A DNA stretch of 40,973 bases, taken from NCBI GenBank assembly GCA_041674645.1, contig JBAYVM010000001.1, forward strand, positions 1 to 40,973. Reading direction: 5' to 3'. The position numbers and the translations under genes were made by a program. The stretch is from Victivallaceae bacterium. Lineage in GTDB: Bacteria > Verrucomicrobiota > Lentisphaeria > Victivallales > Victivallaceae. Below the pieces are notes generated by a model. The model was not told the origin of the DNA. It was given only the letters and a program-made list of their open reading frames with translations, and ran no database searches. Of the stretch, positions 20,788 to 29,947 are shown piece after piece. Each line of letters starts with the position of its first letter. Position 1 is the stretch's first letter.

Positions 20788-22423
20788 TATTATGCCTCCT
20801 TAAAACTTTATGAATATAATTTTCATTGTCAAAAACTTTTGTAGTGTCCCTCGTTACAAGCTCCATCCATTGACGAACAAGATTGCCCGGCTGCATTTTC
20901 TTGGTCTGTGCGTTCAATAGCTCAATCGGAATTTTTGAAAAATCAAGACCTCTTATATAAGTGCTTTCGCTTGTCACGCGATATCCATTTTCAGTAAGCT
21001 CCCATCCTGTTTTAGCGTCATAATCTTCACATGCTATTGGCGAGGTTATCTTAAAATGGATCAATGGCATATCAGCACTGTATTGCAAAAAATATCTCCC
21101 CGGCGGAAGATGCATTAAACGCTGCTCAGATATTTCCAATACTTTCCACTCTTTTCCATAATCGAACTTTAGGTTAGCCAAGCGGACTGTTAGCGCTGAA
21201 TAATTTTCTGCCTCTAATATTGGGCCAACACCTTCCATCCATTCCCGATAGCCTAATTTTATGCCGCCTATTAAATGAATTGCTGGAGCTTGCTTGAACC
21301 TATCCGGAAAACGAATTTCCAGTTCAGTAATTTGAGCGGTATCCAGTGGATATAATTTCAGCTTCCCATAACAGTACGGTTGCTGTTCAAAGAAGTTCTT
21401 TAAATCATTAAAAAATGGAGTCTCATTTAAATATGCGAGAACGTATCTTTGATTGGATTTGCTGCTGATACATTTTTCTGATATTAAATTCCAATCATTC
21501 CAATTTATAGAATCTTGAATAAAAAAAATCCCTTTTTCAAGAAACGCGACATCTTTAATCAAGTCATTATTACAACGAAACTCAGGTTCGGAGTCTTCTC
21601 CTCCAGTCCAATACATTGTATATTCTTTTCCCAGCTTTATGTTTGGTGATGGACGATGTTTATCATCATACAGACCATCCCAATTCAAATTCAAATAAGC
21701 ATAATACATCTGTTTTAAGACGCCCTCTTTGCGACCTTTATCTATATTCCGCCATTTTTGATAAATTCCCGGGGGAAAACTGCCTTGCCTATCCAGTACT
21801 ATTTTTTTAAAAACATCGAAATCAATTTCATCGTCTTGTGCTAAACCACATTTGTGAAAAAATGAACCTAACGAATCAATATCTTTTTTGTGTAGCAAGG
21901 CTAAACTCAATGGATATTGAACATAGCGATGGCCAACTGAACTATGGGATAGATAAATAGAAAAATTATTCTTTTTGCACCATCTTTCAAAACAATCGTA
22001 AATATTCTCCTGCGCATCTCGATATTTTGCTTGTAATTTATTATCGTCTGAAAGAGAAAGTATTTTTCTCAATCGCGGATTATAGGCAGCAGAAGAACAT
22101 AGTTCATCATTTTGCCTGCTGGATGCCGCTAAAAGTTGAATAGCGACAAGGCCTAAATACTGCGGAATGTGGCTTTCTGAAATACATAATTTATGCCATT
22201 CAACTTCCCTCAAAAAAGTGCAGGCCTCGGTAAAATATTCCTGATTTTCTATTGCTTGAATATCAATAAAAATTGACGCTACATTTGAATAATTGTTTAT
22301 ATTTGGTTTTAAAAAAACCTCATAAACCCAATCATTAAACTTCGTATAATTTTTAAACTCCAAAGACATATTATTGCTATCTGTTAAACTTTGCTTGAAA
22401 ACTTCTTTAGCGAGATATGGCAA
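20768..22423 (-). CDS. Hypothetical protein, operon partner 1 (551 aa), no recognisable domain; start codon uncertain
   Basis: Long ORF overlapping the next gene by 20 nt. The first in-frame start is TTG at 22423 and the first ATG is at 22369 (MSLEFKNY). Confidence 0.65.
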   Translation of the reverse strand: MPYLAKEVFKQSLTDSNNMSLEFKNYTKFNDWVYEVFLKPNINNYSNVASIFIDIQAIENQEYFTEACTFLREVEWHKLCISESHIPQYLGLVAIQLLAASSRQNDELCSSAAYNPRLRKILSLSDDNKLQAKYRDAQENIYDCFERWCKKNNFSIYLSHSSVGHRYVQYPLSLALLHKKDIDSLGSFFHKCGLAQDDEIDFDVFKKIVLDRQGSFPPGIYQKWRNIDKGRKEGVLKQMYYAYLNLNWDGLYDDKHRPSPNIKLGKEYTMYWTGGEDSEPEFRCNNDLIKDVAFLEKGIFFIQDSINWNDWNLISEKCISSKSNQRYVLAYLNETPFFNDLKNFFEQQPYCYGKLKLYPLDTAQITELEIRFPDRFKQAPAIHLIGGIKLGYREWMEGVGPILEAENYSALTVRLANLKFDYGKEWKVLEISEQRLMHLPPGRYFLQYSADMPLIHFKITSPIACEDYDAKTGWELTENGYRVTSESTYIRGLDFSKIPIELLNAQTKKMQPGNLVRQWMELVTRDTTKVFDNENYIHKVLRRHNNGICNR

Positions 22424-22479
22424 AATATTAATGTCGGCTAATATATTTATATTGAGCCAGTAACTCCTTCTAATGGGTT

Positions 22480-22507
22480 ACATTAGCATTTCACAAAAGC
22501 TATTCAA
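22480..22507 (-). promoter_or_regulatory. Weak sigma-70-like promoter candidate for the four-gene operon
   Basis: On the minus strand, TTGAAT (22507-22502) - 16 nt - TAATGT (22485-22480), just upstream of an AAGGAG at 22469-22464. Confidence 0.2.
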
Positions 22508-22547
22508 TATTATTTCCTTGTGTTGATTCAAAAATTATACTTTTAGT

Positions 22548-23396
22548 TCAATTTTTCTTAATCAGGCTGTAGAGCCAGGAAATTTCCTGAGGCCATAAGT
22601 CGGGGTCAATGGTTTCCAGCACGAGTGGAATTTCGTCAATCCGGGAATCATTCATAATGCGCGAGAAAACGTGTTCACCTAAATTGCCTTGTCCAAGACT
22701 GTGGTGACGGTCAACCCGGCTGCCGAGAGTTGATTTGGAGCCGTTGATATGCATTCCGCGCAGAAACTCAAAGCCGACATATTTTTCAAACAGTGAAAAT
22801 GTCCAGTCGTAGCCTTCGTCAGTTGAAATATCATAGCCTGAAGCAAAAGTGTGACAGGTATCAATACAAACGCCTACCCGGCTTTTATCCGTCACCTGGT
22901 CGATAATCGCGGCTAAATGTTCAAACCGGAATCCGACATTGGATCCTTGACCTGCGGTATTTTCTATCACCGCAGTAATTCCTTCGGTTTCAGCCAGCGC
23001 TATATTAATGGATTCAGCAATTCTTTTTAAGCATTCATCTTCGGAAATTTCATTGAGATGACTGCCGGGATGAAAATTAAGCATCGACAATCCCAGTTGC
23101 ATACAGCGCTGCATTTCGCCGATAAATGATTGTCTTGAGTGATCAAGTTTTTCCTGGTCTGGCTGACCGAGGTTAATCAGATAACTGTCGTGCGGAAGTA
23201 TCTGCGCCGGCGTGTAGCCGTGTTTCCGGCAATTTTCTTTAAACGCTGAAATATTTACTTCCGTCAGTGACGGAGCAAACCATTGCCGCTGATTTTTTGT
23301 GAATAAAGCAAAGCCTTTAGCTCCGATTTCCGCAGCATTCAAAGGGGCGTTTTCAACTCCTCCAGCGGTGCTGACATGGGCGCCGACATATTTCAT
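22548..23396 (-). CDS. nfo: Endonuclease IV (AP endonuclease)
   Basis: [55 protein letters not shown] and H.NGSK...GSRVDRH are the classic Nfo metal-ligand blocks. Confidence 0.9.
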   Translation of the reverse strand: MKYVGAHVSTAGGVENAPLNAAEIGAKGFALFTKNQRQWFAPSLTEVNISAFKENCRKHGYTPAQILPHDSYLINLGQPDQEKLDHSRQSFIGEMQRCMQLGLSMLNFHPGSHLNEISEDECLKRIAESINIALAETEGITAVIENTAGQGSNVGFRFEHLAAIIDQVTDKSRVGVCIDTCHTFASGYDISTDEGYDWTFSLFEKYVGFEFLRGMHINGSKSTLGSRVDRHHSLGQGNLGEHVFSRIMNDSRIDEIPLVLETIDPDLWPQEISWLYSLIKKN

Positions 23397-23435
23397 TTTT
23401 TATTCTCCTGGTTATCCGTCACAAATCAAACGTGA

Positions 23436-24662
23436 TTACGTTAAAATAATTGTATCAGGCTCAATAACAACGGTTTCAATATTCGCAACTATTTCATTTA
23501 AAACATCGTCATATCCCGGCAAATGACGTTCATCCTCTTCCGCTTTATGCGGCGGAACGGAGGTTGCCGGCGAGTCGGGGGCGAAGACGGTACAACTGTC
23601 CGGAGTCTGTTCTTTAGAAATGTCAAAAGCTCCCATCTGACAGGACATTCTGATGGCTTCCAGCTTATCCATTCCAACCAGCGGGCGGATAACCAACATG
23701 TTTGTCGCCCGGTTGATGGTATCCATATTCGCCACCGTTTGACTGGCAACCTGGCCAAGCGATTCGCCAGTAACCAATGCCCGGCACTTAGTATTCTCCG
23801 CCACTTTTTCGGCAATTCTAAACATCATGCGGCGATACAGGACAGTTCTGAAACGCGGATTGCAGTTATCTCTAATTTGTTTCTGAATCGGCGCCAGGTT
23901 GCAAATATGCAGTTTTCCGGCAGGCTGATAACGGTTAATGACGGCGGCAATACGTTTGACTTTATCAATGGTTTCCTGAGGTGTATAAGGGGCGCTGTGA
24001 AAAGTAATAAAATTCACCCGGCAGCCGCGTTTCATCGTCATATAGCAGGCGACGGGAGAGTCAATTCCTCCGGAGAGCAAGGCCAAAACAGGAGCGTTAC
24101 TGTTAACCGGCAATCCGCCCGGTCCTCTGATAGATTCGTAATAGACAAAGGCAAATTCCCGACGGACTTCACAATAAACCGACACATCGGCGTTATCCAA
24201 GTCTACTGTCATTTTATCATCATATTTACTTCCGACAACGGCCGCCAGTTCAATTTCTATCTGTTTTGAATCTAACGGAAAATCCTTGTCGCTGCGTTTA
24301 GCGCGAATCCGGAATGAAACCGCCGGTTTTGCGGCGAAAGCCCGGTCACAAAACTCACCACAGGAAGATGATACCGCATTTTTTAATTCTTCCATTTCGG
24401 GGTGACACATAATGACGGGTGAAAAAGATTCCAGTCCGAAAGCTTTCGTCAACTGTTCTCTGATGACCGTCAATTCCTGGCTGGAAAAGGTGGATTTATC
24501 TTTTTTCTCTATCCATATTCTGCCCCTGATACGCAATATTTTCAGTTTGTCCAGTACGCGTAACAAATATTGAATATTATCCACCATTTGACGTTCAAAC
24601 ATATTGCGGTTGTTGCCTTTGATGGCAATTTCGTGATAACGGCAGATTATTGCATTATACAT
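23436..24662 (-). CDS. thiI: tRNA 4-thiouridine synthase ThiI (THUMP + PP-loop, no rhodanese domain)
   Basis: N-terminal YHEIAIKG.NR..FE, the PP-loop LLSGGIDSPVA, and TGESLGQVASQT. Confidence 0.9.
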   Translation of the reverse strand: MYNAIICRYHEIAIKGNNRNMFERQMVDNIQYLLRVLDKLKILRIRGRIWIEKKDKSTFSSQELTVIREQLTKAFGLESFSPVIMCHPEMEELKNAVSSSCGEFCDRAFAAKPAVSFRIRAKRSDKDFPLDSKQIEIELAAVVGSKYDDKMTVDLDNADVSVYCEVRREFAFVYYESIRGPGGLPVNSNAPVLALLSGGIDSPVACYMTMKRGCRVNFITFHSAPYTPQETIDKVKRIAAVINRYQPAGKLHICNLAPIQKQIRDNCNPRFRTVLYRRMMFRIAEKVAENTKCRALVTGESLGQVASQTVANMDTINRATNMLVIRPLVGMDKLEAIRMSCQMGAFDISKEQTPDSCTVFAPDSPATSVPPHKAEEDERHLPGYDDVLNEIVANIETVVIEPDTIILT

Positions 24663-24672
24663 TAGACTTCTT

Positions 24673-25797
24673 TCATTTCGATTTTATTTTGAATCCCAGC
24701 AGACGCAGGGCTTTACTTACTTCCGGATCTGCGGATTCCGCTTCAAACACAGGAAATTCACGCCGTAGCGGATAGTCTCCGCGTTGTTTTTCAAATGTTC
24801 CCGGGCTAAGTTTCAACCGTTGCCAATCATCTTTTACGTTATATGACACACTGACCGCCGCCAACAGCTTGTCCTCGCTTGAACCATCTGCCGGGATTTT
24901 GACGGATGTTTTTTCAGGAACAGGAACATCTGCCGGATACCAGTCTTTAAGCTCAAGATTAAAGAACTTGCACAGGGCGTTTACGCTCATTGCCGTTCCA
25001 TTTGCCTTCCCGTCATACGAATATCCGGCAATATGCGGTGTTCCGTAATTTACCAGTTCCAGTAATTCCAAATCCAACTCCGGTTCATTTTCCCAAACAT
25101 CAAGTACTGCGCCCTTTATCTGTCTGGCTTTGAGAGCTTTCTTCAGCGCCTGATTATCACAAACTTCGCCGCGTGACGAATTTATTAAAAATGCTGACGG
25201 TTTCATTTTTGATAAAAATACCTCGTCCGCCAGGTGGAACGTTTTATAAATGCCTTCATCTTCGAGCGGAACATGAAGCGTTATGAAATCAGCTTCATTT
25301 AAAATGCGCTCCAGGCTGACGAACTGTTCTGCTGACTCTCTGGCGGCGCGCGGCGGATCGTTTAACAGTACGTTCATGCCTAACGCCAATCCGACGGCGG
25401 CAACCTTGGAACCGACATTGCCAACGCCTACAATTCCCAGCGTTTTTCCCGCCAGTGACATTTTGTGGTCACATGCCAGGTTCAACAGTGTTGACGCAAT
25501 ATATTGGGCGACAGAAGACGAGTTGCACCCAGGCGCATTAGTCCATTTTATGTCTTTAGCATCAAGATAAGAGGTGTCAAAGTGATCAAATCCGATTGTT
25601 GCCGTCGCGACAAATTTGACGGATGATTCATCCAACAGTGACGCATTACATTTGGTTCGGGTTCGAGTAATAATGGCATCGGCATTCTGAACGTCCTCCG
25701 GCCTGGTTTTAGAACCCGGCAGATACAAGACTTCATCACAGTATGGCTCCAGAACACCTTTAAGAAACGGTATTTTATCATCAGCAACTATTTTCAT
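24673..25797 (-). CDS. pdxB: 4-phosphoerythronate dehydrogenase
   Basis: Collinear with E. coli PdxB: MKIVADDKIP, ATIGFDH, GIVGVGNVG (NAD site), LNDPPR, HVPL, SRGEV, LDVWENEPE, TPHIAGYS..GK. Start set to the ATG at 25797 (GAGGT 6 nt upstream) instead of the TTG at 25809. Confidence 0.85.
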   Translation of the reverse strand: MKIVADDKIPFLKGVLEPYCDEVLYLPGSKTRPEDVQNADAIITRTRTKCNASLLDESSVKFVATATIGFDHFDTSYLDAKDIKWTNAPGCNSSSVAQYIASTLLNLACDHKMSLAGKTLGIVGVGNVGSKVAAVGLALGMNVLLNDPPRAARESAEQFVSLERILNEADFITLHVPLEDEGIYKTFHLADEVFLSKMKPSAFLINSSRGEVCDNQALKKALKARQIKGAVLDVWENEPELDLELLELVNYGTPHIAGYSYDGKANGTAMSVNALCKFFNLELKDWYPADVPVPEKTSVKIPADGSSEDKLLAAVSVSYNVKDDWQRLKLSPGTFEKQRGDYPLRREFPVFEAESADPEVSKALRLLGFKIKSK

Positions 25798-25805
25798 TAC
25801 ATACC

Positions 25806-26087
25806 TCAAGTCATTTTCAGGATGGCGTCTCTGCCGCTCATGCCTTTTTTAATTCCGATTGTTTCAGCAGCGGCGCTCACTGCGACTACTTTAGCCTCCA
25901 GCATATCATCGAAGGTTTTTACCCCGGTGACGATTGCGACATGCTCTTGCAACCTGTCCGCCGTTGCCATATTGAAATAGCCGCAACCCAAAAAACCGTG
26001 AGCGGCTTTTATCAAGATAATGTTGGCGTTTTCAGTTGGAATCTTAAACCCGTCCAACGCAATTCCATCAATTATGATTTTTTCCAT
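25806..26087 (-). CDS. DUF1805 (YunC-like) small protein
   Basis: The 93-aa protein with ...LIKA..GFLGCGYF......D....AIVTGV..FDDML.AKV...S matches my memory of the DUF1805 family. Confidence 0.65.
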   Translation of the reverse strand: MEKIIIDGIALDGFKIPTENANIILIKAAHGFLGCGYFNMATADRLQEHVAIVTGVKTFDDMLEAKVVAVSAAAETIGIKKGMSGRDAILKMT

Positions 26088-26253
26088 AACGGTAATCCTT
26101 TAATAATTGCTTCAAGTTTAACACTGTGAATATTGCAAAAAGGCAAAAAAGATGCTATTTTCAATCTTTAATATTCCATTTTTAAAATATAGCAAAACAT
26201 AACAAATTGCTAAGATTTTAATAAAAACATATAGAAAAAAGCGGAGTTTAGTA

Positions 26254-27492
26254 ATGTCAGAAAGCTATTTGCAATTTAATTTTGCCGACCGCATTGGCGG
26301 TTCAATGTTCGGAAAAGACACGAAAATTTATAAATTTGAAAAAATTAAGCGCGCCAAACGGGCCGCGATGGCCGCAAATCCCGGCGTCGTTCTGATTGAT
26401 ATGGGCGTAGGGGAACCGGACGAACAGGCATTCCCCGAAGTTATTAAAGCGCTCTGCGAAGAAGCGGAAAAGTGGGAAAACCGGATTTATGCCGATAATG
26501 GCATTCAGGAATTTAAAACCGCAGCCGCAAAATACATGAAAGAACTTTACAACGCTGAAATCAATCCGGAAACAGAAATTATTCATGCTATTGGCAGTAA
26601 ATCCGCGTTGTCATTGTTGCCAGCGTGCTTCATTAATCCCGGCGATATAACCATTATGACCATTCCTGGCTATCCGGTAATGGGAACCTGGACCAAGTAT
26701 CTTGGCGGTGAAGTCGTAAATCTGCCTTTACTGGCAGAAAATGGATTCATGCCTGACTTGGAATCTCTGACCGCAGATCAGCGCAAAAGAGCAAAATTGC
26801 TCTATCTGAACTATCCAAACAACCCGACCGGAGCGTCTGCGACTGAAAGTTTTTTCAGCAAAGCAATAGACTTTGCCCGTGAAAATAATATTCTGATTGT
26901 TTCTGATGCCGCATACGCGCCGCTGAATTTCAACGGCAAACCCTTAAGCATTCTTTCGTTGCCCGGTGGCAAAGACGTTGCTATAGAATTGCACAGCATG
27001 TCCAAAGGATTTAATATGACCGGCTGGCGTTTAAGCTGGGTTTGCGGCAATGCGCTGGCAGTAAAAGTTTTTGCCGACGTCAAAGACAATGCCGACAGCG
27101 GTCAGTTTGCGGCCATTCAGAAAGCCGCAATCAAAGCGCTTGAGAATCAGCAACATATTACTCCGGCGATTTGCGCCAAGTACGAACGCCGCCTGAAAAG
27201 CATGACTGAAACGCTTAAGAAAATTGGCTTCCCGGCGAAAATGCCGCAGGGATCATTTTATTTATATGTACAGGCTCCGAAAGGAATACAAGGCGGAACG
27301 CAATTTGCCAGTGGCGAAGACTTCAGCCAATGGCTTATCAAGGAAAAGCTAATCAGTTCCGTTCCATGGGATGATGCCGGACGTTTTGTCCGTTTCAGCG
27401 CGACCTTCGTAGCGCGTGGCGGAATGGAAAAAGAACAGGAAGTACTTAAAACATTTGCTGAACGCTTAAGCGATGTAAAATTTGTGTGGTAA
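26254..27492 (+). CDS. Class I/II PLP-dependent aminotransferase (LL-diaminopimelate aminotransferase-like)
   Basis: IDMGVGEPD, NYPNNPTG and HSMSKGFNMTGWRLSW (PLP lysine). The YKFEKIKRAK N-terminal block occurs in proteins annotated as LL-DAP aminotransferases. Substrate not provable from sequence. Confidence 0.75.
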   Translation: MSESYLQFNFADRIGGSMFGKDTKIYKFEKIKRAKRAAMAANPGVVLIDMGVGEPDEQAFPEVIKALCEEAEKWENRIYADNGIQEFKTAAAKYMKELYNAEINPETEIIHAIGSKSALSLLPACFINPGDITIMTIPGYPVMGTWTKYLGGEVVNLPLLAENGFMPDLESLTADQRKRAKLLYLNYPNNPTGASATESFFSKAIDFARENNILIVSDAAYAPLNFNGKPLSILSLPGGKDVAIELHSMSKGFNMTGWRLSWVCGNALAVKVFADVKDNADSGQFAAIQKAAIKALENQQHITPAICAKYERRLKSMTETLKKIGFPAKMPQGSFYLYVQAPKGIQGGTQFASGEDFSQWLIKEKLISSVPWDDAGRFVRFSATFVARGGMEKEQEVLKTFAERLSDVKFVW

Positions 27493-27522
27493 TTTTTAAC
27501 CCTAAAATTAAGGAGACATAAA

Positions 27523-27750
27523 ATGTCTGATTTGCAAAAGAAAATAACTGACAAGCTGGATGAACTTAGAGTTCACCTGCAAGCCGATGGCGGAGATCTC
27601 GAAATAGTAGAAATAAAAGGCAAGACCGTCATGCTAAGTCTGCACGGCGCATGCGGTTGCTGCCCACACGCGACTATGACAATTAAAAACGGACTCGAAA
27701 GAATTCTCAAAGAAGAAATCGACCCGGAAATAATTATCGAACGAGTTTAA
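27523..27750 (+). CDS. NifU-like (Nfu) Fe-S cluster domain protein (75 aa)
   Basis: ADGGDLEIVEI....V.L.L.GACG.CP....T...G.E motif. AAGGAG lies upstream of the ATG. Confidence 0.8.
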   Translation: MSDLQKKITDKLDELRVHLQADGGDLEIVEIKGKTVMLSLHGACGCCPHATMTIKNGLERILKEEIDPEIIIERV

Positions 27751-27810
27751 ATCTCAATAACCTGGAGAACAATTTCTCCAGGTTATAAAAAATATAGTTA
27801 CTGTCACCAA

Positions 27811-28698
27811 ATGCATAACATCGATTTCCTACTCCGCGGCATATTAAAGCGGGAAAATATCAGATTTATTTTTGCAGAAACGACTTCAACCGTAAGAACC
27901 GGTATATTAATTCACGACACCGACCCGGTTGCAGGAAAAGTTTTTTCAGAAGCCCTTACGGCTGGCGTCTTAATTTCCCCATTACTGGAAAACAAGGAAA
28001 AATACTCGATTCGTTGGGAATATCCCGGCGCAATTTCTTCAATACTGGTTGATATCAATGCTCTGTGCGACATCAGGGGAATCATCAAAAATCCGCAAAT
28101 CATTGATAAAATCAATAATCCCGATGATATACTCGGCGAAAAAGACGGTTTTATTTCAATAATCAAGTCGGAAGAAGGGAAAATTCTAAATTCGGGAAAA
28201 ACCAAAGCCGCGCTAGGCGATCCTGCCGCAGATGTTGCATTCTTTTTTTCTGTCAGTGATCAGATTGAAACGGAAATTTCTGTCGAAGTAAGTTTTAATT
28301 CCGACCCGGTTGACCCTGTAAAAATATCCGCCGGATTCATGTTACAAGCCATGCCTGGTTGCGATTATTCAGCGCTGGATGAATATCGGAAAAATATAAA
28401 TTCACAAGCGTTTAGACAGGCTTTACTCAAAGAACAGCCAACAGAGAAAAAGTTATGGGAACTGTTAAGCGTCGCAACCGGAAAAGCCGTGAATTCATTG
28501 AATAAAGACAACCTTATGTATGAATTTGGCGTTTCTCCAGGCTTCCGGTGCAATTGTTCTTTTGAAAAAATGAGAACTGCAATGTCTGTGCTGGACAAAC
28601 AGGAACTGGAAAAGCTTTTCCAGGAAAAAGAGTCGCCAACTATAACCTGTCAGTTCTGCAAAACATCATATTGTTTCAAAAAAACGGATTTTTGTTAA
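27811..28698 (+). CDS. hslO: Redox-regulated chaperone Hsp33
   Basis: ~295 aa with the C-terminal zinc centre CNCS...(28 aa)...CQFC, and Hsp33-like N-terminal blocks (A.LL.SLL). Confidence 0.85.
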   Translation: MHNIDFLLRGILKRENIRFIFAETTSTVRTGILIHDTDPVAGKVFSEALTAGVLISPLLENKEKYSIRWEYPGAISSILVDINALCDIRGIIKNPQIIDKINNPDDILGEKDGFISIIKSEEGKILNSGKTKAALGDPAADVAFFFSVSDQIETEISVEVSFNSDPVDPVKISAGFMLQAMPGCDYSALDEYRKNINSQAFRQALLKEQPTEKKLWELLSVATGKAVNSLNKDNLMYEFGVSPGFRCNCSFEKMRTAMSVLDKQELEKLFQEKESPTITCQFCKTSYCFKKTDFC

Positions 28699-28708
28699 TT
28701 CTCAGATA

Positions 28709-29926
28709 TTACAGCTTCATTCCAGTTTTTCCGCCATTGAATCTGGAGTATCCGGTCATGGAAAGTTCACTGCCAGTTAATGCCCAAGGGTAATCTTCAG
28801 TTGAAAAAAGCCTTCCTTCGTTAAAACACTTTTCCATAATGTCATCAATTTGCTTAATTACGAATCTTTTTCCGATACTGTCTTCCAGTTCTGTCACATC
28901 CTGTTCCGGCACAGGAATAACCGGCGATGATTCGTGAGCTCCGTTGCAAAAAAGCGTTTGTGCCATGGCAATATTCAAATCACAGATAAATGTTTTTTTG
29001 TCGTGAACTCTGCCCAAAATTGCATTCATAATGTTTTTGCGCATTTCATTCGTTGTGTTATCTATTTTTTCAGAGCCGGATTCACGCTCAATTATTGTTG
29101 TTTGATAATTCCAGCGTATTTTCCCCGCGCTACCTTCAATAATCATATCCGGCCCGTAATGTTTTTGACTGCAATGAGTTACCAAAAATAACAGATTAAT
29201 TTTATTGCCGGTTACAGCCCGGATGCATGCCGTATCGGCGTTTTCTATCTGCGGATTTGCGCGAAATAATCCTGCTTGAACAGATACAATCTGGCAAGAT
29301 GTTTCAAATGTCTGGCCAGCTAAATAACATAACAAATTTACACTGTGAGCTAACGCATTATTGAAAGGACTGTCAAGAATCCAATCGCTGCCGTTTTTAA
29401 TTTTTCCCGCCCATCTGTTCCGGCTATAATAACTTTCACTCCTTGGCCACAGTCCGAAACATTTTATGCTTTTCACCTGGCCAATTTCACCGTTTAAAAT
29501 AGTCTTTTTAATTTTCGCGATTTCCGGTTGATATATGTGCTGATAACCTACGGCAACAAATTTTCCGGTTTCCCGTTCCACTTTCTGCATTTCGAGAATA
29601 TCCTGGATTGTTGCGGCGGCAGGCTTTTCAATCATGACATTGGCGCCGGAGCGCATTGCCGCAATTGCCATTGGTGCATGCAGATTGATTCCAGTCGGAA
29701 TAAAACAAACATCAAGCTTGCCATTAAATTCGCTAAACATCGTTTTGTAGTCTGTAAAAATACGACAGCCTATGCTCTTCAGCTTTTCGCATTTCTCTTT
29801 TTCTTCTTCCTGATTGATGATGACGGCAGCAACAAGTGCAAGTTTATTTTCATTACACGCCTGTATCAAATCTCCGTAATGAACATTGCCGAATCCGGAA
29901 ACTCCTATAATAGCAACCTTAATCAT
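28709..29926 (-). CDS. Gfo/Idh/MocA-family NAD(P)-dependent oxidoreductase
   Basis: N-terminal Rossmann motif KVAIIGVSGFGNVH and the EKP motif (VMIEKPAA). Confidence 0.8.
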   Translation of the reverse strand: MIKVAIIGVSGFGNVHYGDLIQACNENKLALVAAVIINQEEEKEKCEKLKSIGCRIFTDYKTMFSEFNGKLDVCFIPTGINLHAPMAIAAMRSGANVMIEKPAAATIQDILEMQKVERETGKFVAVGYQHIYQPEIAKIKKTILNGEIGQVKSIKCFGLWPRSESYYSRNRWAGKIKNGSDWILDSPFNNALAHSVNLLCYLAGQTFETSCQIVSVQAGLFRANPQIENADTACIRAVTGNKINLLFLVTHCSQKHYGPDMIIEGSAGKIRWNYQTTIIERESGSEKIDNTTNEMRKNIMNAILGRVHDKKTFICDLNIAMAQTLFCNGAHESSPVIPVPEQDVTELEDSIGKRFVIKQIDDIMEKCFNEGRLFSTEDYPWALTGSELSMTGYSRFNGGKTGMKL

Positions 29927-29947
29927 AATTTTATTTCTCTGTAAATG

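Noticed and set aside
13071-22423. Classifying the helicase operon as DISARM, or as an MrfAB-type repair pair.
   Set aside because: DISARM needs a methyltransferase and usually a PLD or SNF2 component, and it splits the helicase and DUF1998 into two proteins. None of that is present. MrfA-type repair helicases are about half this size and pair with an exonuclease, which I do not see.
13071-22423. Using low GC alone as proof that the helicase operon was horizontally acquired.
   Set aside because: Core genes in the same window (dnaN, recF, cdsA, uppS) are comparably AT-rich by hand counts, so composition in this genome is heterogeneous and not diagnostic.
213-24269. Many 60-250-aa ORFs in the track lie antisense to, or out of frame within, well-supported genes. 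Examples are 213..611, 823..1080, 1461..2063, 6161..6586, 7029..7301, 11165..11629, 12055..12330, 13463..14110, 16443..16739, 19700..20026, 21616..21810 and 23523..24269. Similar ones occur further right, such as 25283..25570, 29528..29944, 30080..30409 and 38548..38766.
   Set aside because: They fully overlap long ORFs with clear family motifs. They have low-complexity or Arg/Ser/Pro- or Phe/Ile-rich composition typical of shadow frames, and they lack a Shine-Dalgarno context. I treated them as non-coding.
27758-27785. Perfect 11-bp hairpin TAACCTGGAGA / TCTCCAGGTTA right after the NifU-like gene, considered as a Rho-independent terminator.
   Set aside because: On the plus strand it is followed by an A-run (TAAAAAAT), not a U-tract. 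It may still pause or stabilise RNA, but I cannot call it a canonical terminator.
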